Positions 12,193 through 25,929 of a stretch of 64,000 nucleotides of DNA are shown in pieces. Origin of the DNA: Eledone cirrhosa (Eukaryota); the NCBI GenBank assembly GCA_964016885.1, contig OZ024742.1, positions 273,668,001 to 273,732,000 of the forward strand, given 5' to 3'. The first letter of the stretch is position 1, and the number at the start of each line of letters is the position of its first letter. The position numbers and the translations under genes were made by a program. Below the pieces are notes generated by a model. That model was not told the origin of the DNA and made no database searches. It saw only the letters and a program-made list of their open reading frames with translations.

Positions 12193-12253
12193 TATTCTAT
12201 TATATATATTTCAAGGTTACCAACATTTTGGTACGCCCTCATCAGGTAAAATA
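12193..12253 (-). ncRNA. Hammerhead of the 35090/37744 family (diverged)
   Basis: UAUUUUAC-CUGAUGA-GGGCGUACCAA AAUG UUGGUAACCUU-GAAA-UAUAUA-UA-AUAGAAUA. Flank 12160-12192 matches 35060-35090. Confidence 0.75.
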
Positions 12254-12803
12254 CAAAAGTTGTTTTACAGATAGTGACATATTCAAACTAGACCCTAATG
12301 TTTTGAGTTCTATTCGAATAATGAAGAAGAACTTCAAATTACAGGATGAATATGCTAATGAGGATAACGTTAACATTGAAAAATGTCGTTATGTTTAGAC
12401 GCTAGATAAATTTAAATAATTATTAGGATTATTTTTTATAAGGAAAAGGAAACAATTCATACCTTAACAGTGCCTAATTAAATTGACTTGACAAAGTATA
12501 ATTAAATTAGCACCTTGTAACTAGAAGTAGGGAAAAAAGTTGTAATAGCGGTCATTAATCTAACAGATAACAGTAACTAGCACCGTAATTACCCCCTTTG
12601 TTCATAAGGATAAACACTAGACTCTGTAACACCGAGCTATGAATTTCGATGTTAAAATCTTACTCATACCCGTGTGCAGGGTTCATTATTAAATTCTTTA
12701 CTTTTTTAAAAGCCACAGACAAGCGCCATTGGGTGAAACATGTGTAACAGCTTTTTATAAATGTATTTTAACGGCGGCTTGCCTGTCTTTCATCAACTTC
12801 TTC

Positions 12804-12837
<34 letters not shown>

Positions 12838-13058
12838 GGATTAACAAATAATAGTTAAATGCAGTCCACTTAGGTGAAGTCCAGTTATGGTATTCCAGGT
12901 AGTGGATGATATTAACGCTTGGCTTGGTTTGACTCAACAAGGCGTTTTCATAGTGATGCTGCGGGTATGCTGTAATTCCTATGTTGTAAACACTTGGAGT
13001 AATAATAAATCAGGAAAGAAGGTTTACATGGTTTGCTATACAAAAAAGTTTTTAATCA

Positions 13059-13171
13059 CATAGCTTACATTTGTTTCACTGAACTGGTATGTCTAGAGAT
13101 CGCTATCCGCCTAATTTTGCGTCACTCGATCGCCAATACAGAATTATAACCAGTCAGATCTTCGGAGCATG
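13059..13171 (-). ncRNA. Hammerhead (U4C core, ~80-nt stem II), left-arm copy
   Basis: Reverse complement of 14997-15109. Confidence 0.65.
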
Positions 13172-14996
13172 CGAGAATGAAGAAAATACACAGGCAAGAA
13201 AAGAAAAGAAAATATGGAGTAGTTATGGCATTCAATTAAAACAATAACAACAACAATTATTACAACAATGCTATCAATAAACTATTTAAGGATACCCTGA
13301 CATTACTTAGGTGGGGGGTATATAATGTATCTAATGTTACGGCGTGAAAACCAGCTGTCATAAGGCAAAAAGTATCGTAGTGTGTATCAATTTTAAATTA
13401 TAAAGATAAGCTAGTTTTTACAGTCTTTCTCTTCATCTTCAACAGTATACATGAGTGGGACCACTGTCAAAGCTCAATAGTTGTAGAGTTAATACAGAGG
13501 TTAACGAATCAATATACGCATATATCTACGCACACACACACATATATATATAAATATATATACACATATATGTGTACATAGACACATACATACACATCAA
13601 TATACACTCGTACAAAAATATACATACATGCAAAGAGAAAAGCGTGCTAATTGTAATTATGGCAAAAAGAAGGTAAAGTAACATTGTAGTAGTGAAATGA
13701 GAAAAACTAGGATCTAGGATCAAATGATTGCAGCAGCTGAGAAGGAGTAAGATTGTTGGTAGATGAGGTATTTACAGACAATTGTGTGGTATAGACTTGT
13801 GAAGGAAATAGTATACTTAATGAATATATTTCTGTGGGTAGTAGGTATCCTAATTTAAAGCTATGTTATGTTGGTTCGATTCACGGAGGTTTGAATCTTA
13901 TGAATTTAGTGGCTATTCTATGTCTGCAGAAGATAGATCTTTCTAACTTATTATTAAGTAGCCTTTTAACATTTCTAAGGATATACAATAGCTCAAGATC
14001 ACACAGCCCGCAATAGGACATCCCTGTACTATAGGTTTTAGCAGCCGACAACTACGCTAGCTACACTACGCTAGCTACACTATCAACTGGTCGAAGTTGT
14101 CGGCTGCTAAAACCTATAGTACAGGGATGTCCTATTGCAGGCTGTGTGATCTTGAGCTATTGTATATCCTTAGAAATGTTAAAAGGCTACTTAATAATAA
14201 GTTAGAAAGATCTATCTTCTGCAGACATAGAATAGCCACTAAATTCATAAGATTCAAACCTCCGTGAATCGAACCAACAGAACATAGCTTTAAATTAGGA
14301 TACCTACTACCCACAGAAATATATTCATTAAGTATACTATTTCCTTCACAAGTCTATACCACACAATTGTCTGTAAATACCTCATCTACCAACTATCTTA
14401 CTCCATCTCAGCTGCTGCAATCATTTGATCCCAGATCCTGGTTTTTCTCATTTCACTACTACAATGTTACTTTACCTTCTTTTTGCCATAATTACAATTA
14501 GCACGCTTTTCTCTTTGCATGTATGTATATTTTTGTACGAGTGTATATTGATGTGTATGTATGTGTCTATGTACACATATATGTGTATATATATTTATAT
14601 ATATATATATGTGTGTGTGTGTGTGCGTAGATATATGCGTAGATATATGCGTATATTGATTCGTTAACCTCTGTATTAACTCTACAACTATTGAGCTTTG
14701 ACAGTGGTCCCACTCATGTATACTGTTGAAGATGAAGAGAAAGACTGTAAAAACTAGCTTATCTTTATAATTTAAAATTGATACACACTACGATACTTTT
14801 TGCCTTATGACAGCTGGTTTTCACGCCGTAACATTAGATACATTATATACCCCCCACCTAAGTAATGTCAGGGTATCCTTAAATAGTTTATTGATAGCAT
14901 TGTTGTAATAATTGTTGTTGTTATTGTTCTAATTGAATGCCATAACTACTCCATATTTTCTTTTCTTTTCTTGCCTGTGTATTTTCTTCATTCTCG

Positions 14997-15109
14997 CATG
15001 CTCCGAAGATCTGACTGGTTATAATTCTGTATTGGCGATCGAGTGACGCAAAATTAGGCGGATAGCGATCTCTAGACATACCAGTTCAGTGAAACAAATG
15101 TAAGCTATG
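14997..15109 (+). ncRNA. Hammerhead (U4C core, ~80-nt stem II), right-arm copy
   Basis: CAUGCU-CCGAAGA-UCUGACUGGU..ACCAGUUCAGU-GAAA-CAAAUG-UA-AGCUAUG. Confidence 0.65.
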
Positions 15110-15157
15110 TGATTAAAAACTTTTTTGTATAGCAAACCATGTAAACCTTCTTTCCTG

Positions 15158-15218
<61 letters not shown>

Positions 15219-15219
<1 letters not shown>

Positions 15220-15479
15220 TAGTTATGTAATAAACAATATAAGGCAATTATTTCATTTATCAATGGTTTCTTAAAAGCAAAAAATGTTGCTTTCAATCAT
15301 GAGAATGAAAAAATCCTGGTGTATTTATTGGCATTGGATTTTAAAAAGGTTTTTAAAATCCAACGCCAATAAATACACCAGGAGTTTTTCATTCTGATGT
15401 TTGAAAGCAAAACTGTTTTGCTTTTAAGAAACCACTGGTAAATGAAATAATTGCCTTATGTTGTTTATTACATAACTAT
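15219..15479. mobile_element. 260-bp palindrome of two head-to-head HHR-bearing termini (HHRs at 15251-15310 minus and 15387-15447 plus)
   Basis: Right arm: UUUCAUU-CUGAUGU-UUGAAAGCAAAA CUG UUUUGCUUUUAA-GAAA-CCACUGG-UA-AAUGAAA. The left arm has CUCAUGA, so the consensus core is CUGAUGA. Confidence 0.8.
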
Positions 15480-18400
15480 TAAGCTCTGTTACCTACATAG
15501 AGCACTCTTTTTTCCTGGACTTTTCTGACGGAATTACTTCATTTATAATATATATATATATATATATAGTGGTAGAGCACTGATGGGTCATATATCCGCA
15601 GCAGTAGAGCACCCAGTCTATGGGACGAGTTTGGTATATGTAGTTCCACAGTAGTTAATACACCTTTTCGAGAACAATTTGTTTCACCTCAAACGGATTA
15701 TCAACTCGTTTTAAATGAGTTAACACGGTAAAGGAAGACGATGGCACAAATAAACATGCGCAGAAGATATTCTGAGAAGGGAGGCATCTCACGGTAGATC
15801 AATACATTATGAAGCGACAGAAAAATATCAGAATATAATAGATTAATCAGGATACCCAGTCTAGGGGTGCTACCTCTGATAATCAATCGTGGGCTTCAAA
15901 ATTACGACACGTGGGGTCAACGTGAGTAGAAAACATACCTCGTGTTAAGACAAGCGCTATTACGTAATATTCTTAAGATATTGATTCTTTGTTCAATGCA
16001 CAGCCCGCAAGACGGATTCCCATTTCCATATGACCTAGATTAGGTTATAACTTTCCATTGAATTGAGTAATTCATACCTGCTTCCTTGAGGGACCATATG
16101 GTTGTTGCGGTCTTCGAGGACGATCGTTTTCCCGGGTGTAATTTCGTAATTACCAGTGTTATGGAATTCTCCAAAAAAATATATTAAGGGATCTACTGCT
16201 GTATCAATATTAGTTATTTTTTAAAAAGCAAAGAATAGGAATGCCTTTTGGATATATAATTGATCTAAATAATTATAGGATGTTTAGATGATTGTGGCAG
16301 TAATACAGTACCAAGTTTCCCTTAGTAAATCACTCAAAAACTGTTGTTTAAATCTACAGTTATTTATTTGGGGCTGCTATATAATCATTAAACATTTCCC
16401 TACACATTCCAAAGGTGATAACAGGACAACGAATTTAGTTAGTCAATATCGAGCATGTTCAGGCCACTATTCCTATTAATTAGCTGTTGGCTAGGTCTGA
16501 TCCCACAGGTTTCGATACGACGTCGGCTGTTCATAGCTTGACCAAGATTCTCTTATAGAATTAGCAAATGAGGGTTATTTTAAACATAGTGCCAGGAAGA
16601 AAGCAATGCAGTTATTAATATGAAAGGGGGAAAAAAATGTATGCAAGATTTCACCGCCCTGGCACCACCCCTTCATATTCAGCTTATGAACGTTTCAGCC
16701 TGCCCAAGTAACCAAATTCGTTCCAGTGGTGACCAAACTATATTAAACTTATTCATGCATTGGAATACATTATCAAAAATCCCTTCGTATTTATCCATAA
16801 CAAATGGGTGGAAATTGGCGTAGATTTAGACGAGAATATGCCAGGTTGTATGCTCATTCACTTGACTCATAGTATAGTAGAAGCCATTGAAACCGGAACT
16901 CAATGATTTGTAACATGGAAGCACACTTTCCAAAGAATGGTTCTGCAGTTTAACGGCCGTCATCATTTCGAAAGCATATTTTTATACTCCCTGCTTTATA
17001 GAATAATCTGAAATTAAATATTTATGTCGGCAGACAGAGGGGAAATATCAAAAGAAAATGACTAATGAGCGTACAACTATGTGAATATTTTCTTTAGAGT
17101 ATGTCATTCAAATAATGAAAGTATTATTTTCTTTGAATTTGACATATTGCAATATACGAAACGGTAGAAAGTAGTAAATTTCATCATAATAAACTCAATA
17201 ATCTAACTCAAATATTCGCCTCAATTTCAGATTGTTTTCTTTGTATTATAATCTTATGGCACAATTAATTGCTAAATTTGAATCATTACAATTTTACCCA
17301 GGTTTCCAAGAAATGATTTAATGTGTAAGTTCATTATACATTATTCCACATTTGAGAACATCGTATATAAAACACATAGGGCCATCATAAGAATCTTTAT
17401 ACAAAAATCGATCAGTTTATATCCTTCATCACTGACTAACTCCACTGATCAGATAGGCGGTTGGCTTCTTAGAAGCGAAATAAAGAACTATAAATAACAT
17501 GTTATGAATTTTGTTTCTCCGGCTATAAAGATCGATATTTTGTGGAGTTCTCAGATAGATATAGAATATGTAGATCATTGTGCCAGATACAATCATCTAT
17601 ATGCATAATTTAAAGGGTTTGCAATATTTCTAAAATATGATGAATCTTTGAAATATCAGATACTTAATGGCAGCATATCCAGTAGAAAGCTTGTCTGAAT
17701 GTCACGTGCTACACGGCTGTAATAAAGATCAGTGCTGTAAAGACTGAGAGATTCGTTATCTCTAAGACGCGTGTGTGGTGCCCTCTACATGTGAGTGGAT
17801 TTCCACTGAAGCAGGGGGATAAGCTGAAATATCTCCGTGACGTGTTTATGAGTGATGGAAGGGAGAGATCTTAATTAAAGGAGAGAATTGCAGGAGCTGT
17901 TGCACCCTTGCTCTAACTTCATTATTCAGTAATCAGAAGGGAGATAGTTGTAAAAGTCAAACTCACTATCCTCAATTCGGTATTCGAACCAAACCTTACC
18001 TGTTGTAATGAATATTTGGTAATGACCGAAGGAATATGATCGCGAAAACAAGCGGCTGAAAGGTCTCTGGAGTAACTTTACCCGATAGAGTGCTTAGCTC
18101 AAAAATCAGAGTGTCGTGCGAAGCAGCGCTGCTCTTTCTTCGAATTGAGAGATCGTAGCTCCAATATAACAGCCATGTGAGAATGCCTAAGGAAATATTG
18201 TACGGGCAAGAGTACTAGACAGAAAACAAAGGGGTAGACCCCTTCCAGTATGTTCGGATGACACTCCTGAGCTCGTCCAGTCTCACATGGGGATCCACGC
18301 AGAACAATTGGAGACAGTTTCTTCTTATAGAACCCACTGGAAGGAGTGTTTGAGGACTGTGACCCCACGCCCCTTTCAGGAATAAGTGGGCGAAGAAGAA

Positions 18401-19989
18401 GAGAAGATGAGGCCAACTTCATCCATTCAGATTTTCTATGAAACAGCGCCAATAATTACAAATTATATAGTTTAATAACATCTTTCTACAGCCAATTTAA
18501 CTTTTTTAGAGGTCTAATTAATACTTGAATTAATATTTATACCTGACACGTTGGCCATAAAAATACAATAAACTGTGAAATTCGCAAATGTATTACAATA
18601 ACATTGGACATATTCCGATGACGACAATTACTAATTTAAGACTTCACTTGGCATACAACCATATATTTTCTTAGTGGTACTACAAGTATTTCAATCGTTA
18701 ACATTCTCTCGTTTCCCCGCCTTTATTAGTATCTGACCCGATGGTGCTTATATACACTGCTGAATGAAAAGCCGATAGATTACGGAAAGGCAAGTTGGCA
18801 AAAGAGTTTCTTCTATTATTTAATCCGGATTAATGTCGAATACTACAGAAATACTGGTGTGTCTCAGTCTTTCTAGTAAAGATTTCAATACGTCATATAA
18901 GCTTAGTATCGCTACATAAGTTATAAGGGATATTCGTGATTCAATCTCTGATGAATAAATTCGAAAGTAAACATGCATCTATATGAAAACAAAGCCCACT
19001 TAGTATATGCCTATTTTTTAATCCGATAATAATAATAATAATCTCTACACTTTCAATCTACAGCAGCATACAACGCAGTAAAATCCTTTCATGTTCAATA
19101 AACATTTGGTTCAATGTGATTTCATGATACACACAATAATTACTCATTAACTCTCTCGGAAATGCTCCGTCTCACTCTTACATCCACCTCTCTATCACTC
19201 AAACAAAATCTATTCCACAACCAATTATTCAATACGCCAAGAAATTTAAAAGAAATTAATCTGCAAATACTGTACAATCGCAATAACGCCACACAACTTC
19301 GATAGTTTCCTATGGCTGTGATTAATTAAAAGAAGGATTCCACATGAGACTTCATTTGGCAATCTGCACCAGAATAAGCGATGAGTGTTTGATGGATGTA
19401 TGTATGTCTGCCTGCCTGTATGTCAGTCTATCTATCTGTCTGTCTGTGTGTCTCTCTGTATGTATGTTCTTCTGTGTTCTTTATTTTATAATGTGTTTAC
19501 CAATATAGAGAGTCGGTTTCTAACAGTAGACACAAGTCTCTTTCATAGGAAATTAGACATCCACTAGGTAAAAATGTCTGTGTGTACGTGTGTTTGTGTT
19601 TATGCAAGAATGGATATTATTGTGTGTGTGGATCTGTATACTTTGAGTTATATATGTGCATGTGCATATGTTTTGTATCTATATATGTGTACATGCAGTT
19701 ATTAAATACAGAAAAGTTGGAATGTTTTACATATTGTTACAGATCCATTAATGGTTTCTACTTGTAACTTATTAATTAGTATTTCTTCTGGTTCTGTGAA
19801 GCCCAGCTGCTGCGGCAGCTAGTAACATATCGCAGAACTCCAAATTCACAGGTATACTTGTGAAGCCATAGTCATGGTAAATTATCTGAATATTAGTTCT
19901 CCATAGGCTTTCTCCTTTTCCCTATTTTTTAATATTATATTGACTTCTCATTTTTGCGAATCTTTAATATTATATTTACTTCCAATATT

Positions 19990-22300
19990 TACTTTCCCTG
20001 TCCCAAATTGCTATATGTGATCTGTTATGCTTGCATTTTATTTGTGTTTTGACTGGAACATTTCGCCAGTACTCTTTCATATTATGTAAGTATATGTCGT
20101 CCGCATTGATGTAACTTTTAATATATTTATTGTCGGGGCTACCGTTTCTACGGATTGCATCGTATAGTGCTTTAGCCCATACATCATTCCTTATTGGTAC
20201 GATGACATCTTTGAACAGCTGCCTATGTTATGGTTGACATCTTCGATATTAATTATGCAGTCTGCATTTATTGCCGCACCAAGGTGTTTTTCCTGCATCT
20301 CTATCTCTTTTATGTATCAGGTATTTTCACTTCCTATTCTTGGATTGCAGAATATAGCGGTTTTGGGTCCAAGATAGACTACTTTGCTTATCTATACTAC
20401 TCTCACTGTGGAGCCTCCTGGCTACATATCCATGCATGGTTTTTTCGCTGATAATCAAGCAGTTTTTCACCCATGAATTTACTGTGATATTGCTGGGCAA
20501 TTTGTGTGTGTGTGAGTTTTTGATTATCATGCAGGGATTATTTCTCAAGGAGTTCCTTCAAAGCTTTCATCATGTTATCTGTCTTATGTAGACAGTCTTG
20601 CTCAATAGATGGGCCCCTACGCTTGGTGGTTGTAGAGATATGAGCTGGCACTCAAATGCTGTCTGGACAGCCTCCATGTTTAGGTTCCATATTGAGACGG
20701 TCAATATCACTGTTCATGTGGAGGTTCCCGTTATTGTTTAGTATTTCTTGGGTTCTAACTTCAGTAGCTCGGATTTCATCTATTGTCCAACGAGTATACC
20801 ATATGGTGGTGTTATGTGATGTACAGCAAACATAATGTCAGCCACTGTTTTATTGTGTGCAAAGATTTTATATGACCATATTTTTCTTAATGGAGTGTAA
20901 TATTCACTGGTTACGCGTTCCTTGCTACAAATATCATCAAAGGATATATTCTTGTCAATTTTTAGGCATCTGTAGTAGTCCACGTCAGATATCGGTGCAA
21001 CAGTTTGGCTGTTGATAAAAATGTTGCTAGATAGGCATATAATTTTTCGTAGCTGTACAATCGTATATGAGCAATTGTCCTGTCCAAATTCTATTCCTAT
21101 TTTTCTTGAGAACGACATAACCAGGTTAGGTTGTTATGGTTTTACACCGAGTTTCAGGTCATCCACAAATACGTTATGGGATAGGCTTTTATTTATGTAC
21201 TCCCGAGAGTCAATTGTGTCTCCTTCCCATTTCTTGAGCAGAAAGAGCAAGGGGTTTAATGATAGAATAAATAGTAGCATCGAGAGATTGTATTCTTGAA
21301 ATATACCCTTGTGAAATACTATTCTATCGGGGAAAATAGAGTCCTCTATGTGTTACTTGAGCATAGTAACCCAGGAAGAGGATAGGATCTCTTTGGCTCT
21401 GATAATAGTGTCTGGGACTTTAGCGAGTCAGAGGGCTTCTATCATCCAAGAGTCTGGAAGACAATCAAATGCTTTCTTGTTCAGCTACACTAAACATATT
21501 CTTTCTACATTGCCGCACATCTGACATCGTGATCTCGTTATTTAATAGATGTTCTGCATGCCACCAAGCACCTTTCTTCCCAGCTGCTTGCTCATATGTC
21601 ATAATGTTATTATTGTCACATTGATCTTGGATAAATAGGTTCAGGCAGGCTTAAACATTTTATACATTAGCTTCTGGCATGCAATGGGTCTGTGGTGTTT
21701 TAGCAAGTGGATTGTTTTGTCTTGAGGACCAATATTGTTTGTGCTAATGTCAACTACCCTAATATATGTGCATCTCTTTTGAGTGGTTGTTGGTAGAGGT
21801 TGATAAGATGTGTCCGATAGAATATCCTTTTTCTTTTGTTCTACTAGCCGATAATCATATCTCTTCCTGTTTTATTAATTTGGAGTTTTCCTATCGCAGT
21901 CTCAATCGTCTCATCATTTATACTGTATGCTTTTTTGTAGTGTAAGGGCAGTAGTTCGTTTGGATTCCTTTCAGCCATACAGCATCTTGGTTGAATTTCT
22001 CTCTTCACGCCGAACTTTTCCCCAGAAGGAATCCATCAATGTATTTGTGGTGTAGGATCTCAGTGTCATTTATTACTTTGCAGTTCATATATCTATAGAC
22101 TAATATTTGGTTTCTGCTGATTCTTTTATTAATCATATTTCCTTCAACCAACCTCTCCTCCTATCGAAATTTCTCGCTGACAGCTCTCAATTTAGGTGAT
22201 CAGCTTATATTGAAGAGCACTGGTTGCATTGTCTCAAAACATCGTTTCTATTTTATTTTTCATTTTGTTGTTGGGGAGTGTAGTATTTTTGTTTTTGTTT
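19990..22300 (-). pseudogene. Decayed non-LTR retrotransposon, R4/Dong-like RT (probably with RLE endonuclease)
   Basis: Remnants of RPIAC, GIFQ(G)..LSMLLF, FVDDLK and FSRKIGIEFGQDNCS (cf. DIGMEFGLDKC). Many stops and frameshifts; boundaries approximate. Confidence 0.7.
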
Positions 22301-23599
22301 GCATGAGAAAACCATTGGCACACATCCTATATTTTTCCGTAGGTTAACAATTTGTTTCCTATTTTTGTAATATATGATGTTATCACAAATATAATGTTTC
22401 AATGTCGTTTCCGGGGCATATAAACAGGCGTAGTTCGTCGTAGATATTCAACCCCAGTTTCATCAATAACATGCATAATTTCATAATTTGGCTACATTTT
22501 GTTTATTGTTATTTTTTAATATCATTTCTCCCTTGAAAATTGTGCTGAGGCTATATTTCAATTGCTTATTTCCTTGATCTACCTACCTAATTGCAGACGA
22601 ATTATTATTGACAGAGTTTTCCATAATAGGCTAGGTAAAAGTATTTGATACATGTGGTGTCAAATTTCTTACTGGGTTAGCTGTTTCAAGAGCCTGCTGT
22701 TGATTACACTACTGTACATACAGTTCATGTTATTTTTTCATTCAACAAACTTTGCTTGCTGGTACAATTGTTTGGCTGTGTAATACTAATATGTGTAATA
22801 CATAATATGTATGTATATATGTGTGTGCGCCTGTGTGTTTGGTTTTTAACGACTGTGTTTTTGGTTTTTGCACGACTACTAGACTTTGATGTAGTATTTG
22901 CCCATTCAGCCAACGTTGCTACTGCCATAACGACTATGGCATCAGAATATATTTCGACCGCAGCTAAAACACGATTACTTAATCTGTATTTACTGTGTAA
23001 CTTTGCATCCCAGAGACCTCTTTCAGTTCTGATTTTAGGTTTTACACTATCTCTGCAGCATACTCCATTTTCATCGGAGTTATCCGTCAAACCCTGTTCT
23101 GTTCCGTATATTTAACTTATATGAAGAGAGAAAATTAATTACTTTCTTCATTTCTGCTTCAATAATTTGCTTAATTTGTTCTACACTAGGTATTTTGAAT
23201 TTTCAAAATCGATATATATATTGTTTGTCTCTGCCTGATACTCCTGTAAGTATTTATGTGCATCGATTTATATTTATTTAATATTTTTACAAAGGTGGCA
23301 TAAGCATTTGCTTTGAAGAAGGGATTCCATATATTATTTGTTAATTGGGCCAAAATATATGAACTTTGAATTTGAAATTACGCTATAAGAATCTTTGTAT
23401 AAACAACTCCTGCCAAGGCGACTTAATTGTCAATAAAAGCATGTACGAGAAAAGTGATTCGGACACTGGCACGACCACCACTACAGTAATCACCAACAAC
23501 GCCATTGCCACCAGTGAAAGCAGTAGTATCGGCAGCGTGACGGCAGCGGTAACGACAACAAGAGTTGACGGAAATAACAGCATTATCATCGAGAATGCT

Positions 23600-24470
23600 C
23601 TTCAAAACCGAAGAGGTGGCTGTAGAACATTCCTTGGTCCCCATTTGAAAAGGCCAAAAGCTTCTATATCATTCATGGAAGAAGGCCCGTAAGGATAAGA
23701 ATCGTTGGCATACCGCCAGGAGTGAATGACTGGTGCATGCTAACCTGTGTGGTATTAAAGGATAGTGGCACACCCTTGGACGTCAAGAATATCCGGACAG
23801 AACATATTTAGAAATGTTCCACAATATCAAACCATAGATGGAAAATATCCCTGACCTCATTCACCTACCAGATGGCGTGGCGCTAAACGCAGTCAATGAA
23901 ATTAAAAGTTTCCGTTGTTATCCTTGAGGAGAAACGGAATACTTAAGAGATGTTTGCCGTCAAACAAAGACGGAGAAAAAAGGATCCACATTGTCGCAGA
24001 TAACCGGAGCTCGACACTCTACCATAAGCAAACAGCAACAGTAGCACCAGCACCAGTAAGACCAACACCAGCATCAACAGCAGCAACTATAGATAACTAA
24101 TAACAACAATAACAGCAACAGCAACAACCCCAACAACCACCAACACCACCACCTCCAGCCTGCCAGCCGCCAAGCCAACCATCAAAACACCACTACCACC
24201 AACACCACAACAACAACCACCACCATTACCTAGACACCCATCACCACTATAACCCAACCACCACCACCACCACCACTACCGCAACAGCCGGCAACACCAC
24301 CACCACCACAACAACAACAACAATTCAACTTAGACGTTAATTCAACGTCGTACGGATATACTACCAGCTTACCACGTTGCAACAACGAAAAAAAAGAGTC
24401 AGCAATTCAAGATAAAGCAGGCGGTAACAACAGAAATCACAACCGTACCAGCAGCACAACTAGTGGACTT
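23600..24470 (+). pseudogene. Possible decayed LINE ORF1 with zinc knuckle, followed by CAA/CCA low-complexity tail
   Basis: MENIPDLIHLPDG..FRCYP*GETEYLRDVC resembles CxxCGxxGHxxxxC. Multiple stops. Confidence 0.4.
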
Positions 24471-25199
24471 TGAAAAAAAATCAGCATTATGACTACTTTC
24501 TCGATTGGGAATCAGTGAATTAGTGTTTGATAGCAACAACAGCAACAAACTGACACAACATCACCGGCAGCAGCAACAACGGCAACGACCACGACGGCAA
24601 CAGCAGTGTATACATGGAAGAGAGACGGGTTTTTTGAATGACGCCATTATTCTTGGGGGGCGTATTTACTAAATGCAAAGTTGAAATTGGAATTTCGCCC
24701 AGGAAGGCTAAATAACAATTAATTTTGACCACTTCAAGAGAAGCGGGTGTGTTTAGAAACAAAACAATATAATTTTTAAAAAATACGTTCGCAATTGAAC
24801 TGTACAAAAATCGCCAGCTTACGGGATAAAAAATTCCTGCGACGTGTATACTTCCAAAATAATAATCCAGCTATCAGCGACGGGTCTCGCTTTCGTTTTC
24901 GTCCTTTTCCTTTCCCTTTTTCATTTCGGCATTGCCACACAGTAAATGTCAGGCGAAAAACATTTCATTCTCTTCGTCATCCACAGCGGTCGAGAAGTGC
25001 ATGATGCATTTAACAATAGAGGTAGCAACAGCGGCGGCGGTATTGACAATAACACCTATGGTGACAGAGCACAAACCAGAATCCGGAACCTACTCGTGTG
25101 GCGGCCTTGGTAGACGTCCGGTCGGATGCTCGAAAGGATATCTGTCAAATTCGGATTTGTATACACCCAGAGATGCGACGTGGGAGACACGTCGTTTTT

Positions 25200-25850
25200 T
25201 TTTTTTCGACAACCGGAACTGTAAGACCCGCCCTACATCTCCGGAAGTTACTTCTCATGGCGGGTGATGTCGAGTCGAACCATGCCCCATTATGCCCGGG
25301 ATGTTCCAGGACGATCTGACAAGACTTCGTGCCCATTTCCTGCTCGACTTGCCGACGTATCTTGCACAGGATCTGCAGCGGCCTGACTCGAATACAGAAA
25401 AAGAGCCCTCAAGGCTTCGTGTGTGGCTTCTGTCGGGGAATAATGTCGTGCCTACCATCCGTCCTGCAGCGATCTCCATTCGCCGATGTTAAATCTGCCA
25501 TGCAGGAATTCGTTGAGACCCCCCCCCCTCTTTTGCTCTACATGTCCTCTGCGGTGAAGAGGGGGAGGAGTCTGAACACCTCTGGCTACGATGCCCTGCA
25601 TTGGCGATCGAGAGATACCATCACCAACTCGGCACATACTTAGAGGAATTAGTCCGTCTCCCAGTCGCATCTCTAGCGCTTCTGATGAGGATCCTCAGGC
25701 GCCTGAGCTGAATAAAAAAAAACAGCGGCAACAGAAACATCAACACCAAAAATCCCATCAACACAATGAAAAGCAGCAAAAGAAAAAAGACCGCCAACAA
25801 CTGCAACTGCTAAAACTCCAGGGTCACCCAGGGAGACTCAACACATAGCT
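25200..25850 (+). pseudogene. 5' fragment of a non-LTR retrotransposon ORF: 2A-like peptide followed by a PHD finger
   Basis: RKLLLMAGDVESNHAP, then CPGC..*..CSTC..HRIC..CGFC (C4HC3) in one frame with one TGA. Confidence 0.75.
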
Positions 25851-25929
25851 CTCCCTCCCCGCTATTTCAAACACACACATTTGCATGTAATTTTCGTATG
25901 TAACTTATTCTCGTTAAGTATTCAAATGT

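Larger units (their letters stand above)
13005..15163. mobile_element. Fold-back palindrome made of two head-to-head PLE 3' ends (arms 13005-14053 and 14095-15163)
   Basis: Arms are near-perfect reverse complements around a 41-bp spacer. The right arm encodes AKTYSTGMSYCRLCDLELLYIL..LNNKLE..FCRHR (PLE C-terminus), then a 3' UTR with an HHR. Confidence 0.92.

Noticed and set aside
22725-23692. ORFs of 100-120 aa as host genes
   Set aside because: They are low-complexity, have no recognisable domain and no supported splice structure.
25317-25319. In-frame TGA as selenocysteine (as in Naiad PLEs)
   Set aside because: It is not at a Cys position of the PHD finger, is likely CGA>TGA, and no SECIS was seen. 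The PLEs here have C-terminal endonucleases, not the Naiad domain order.
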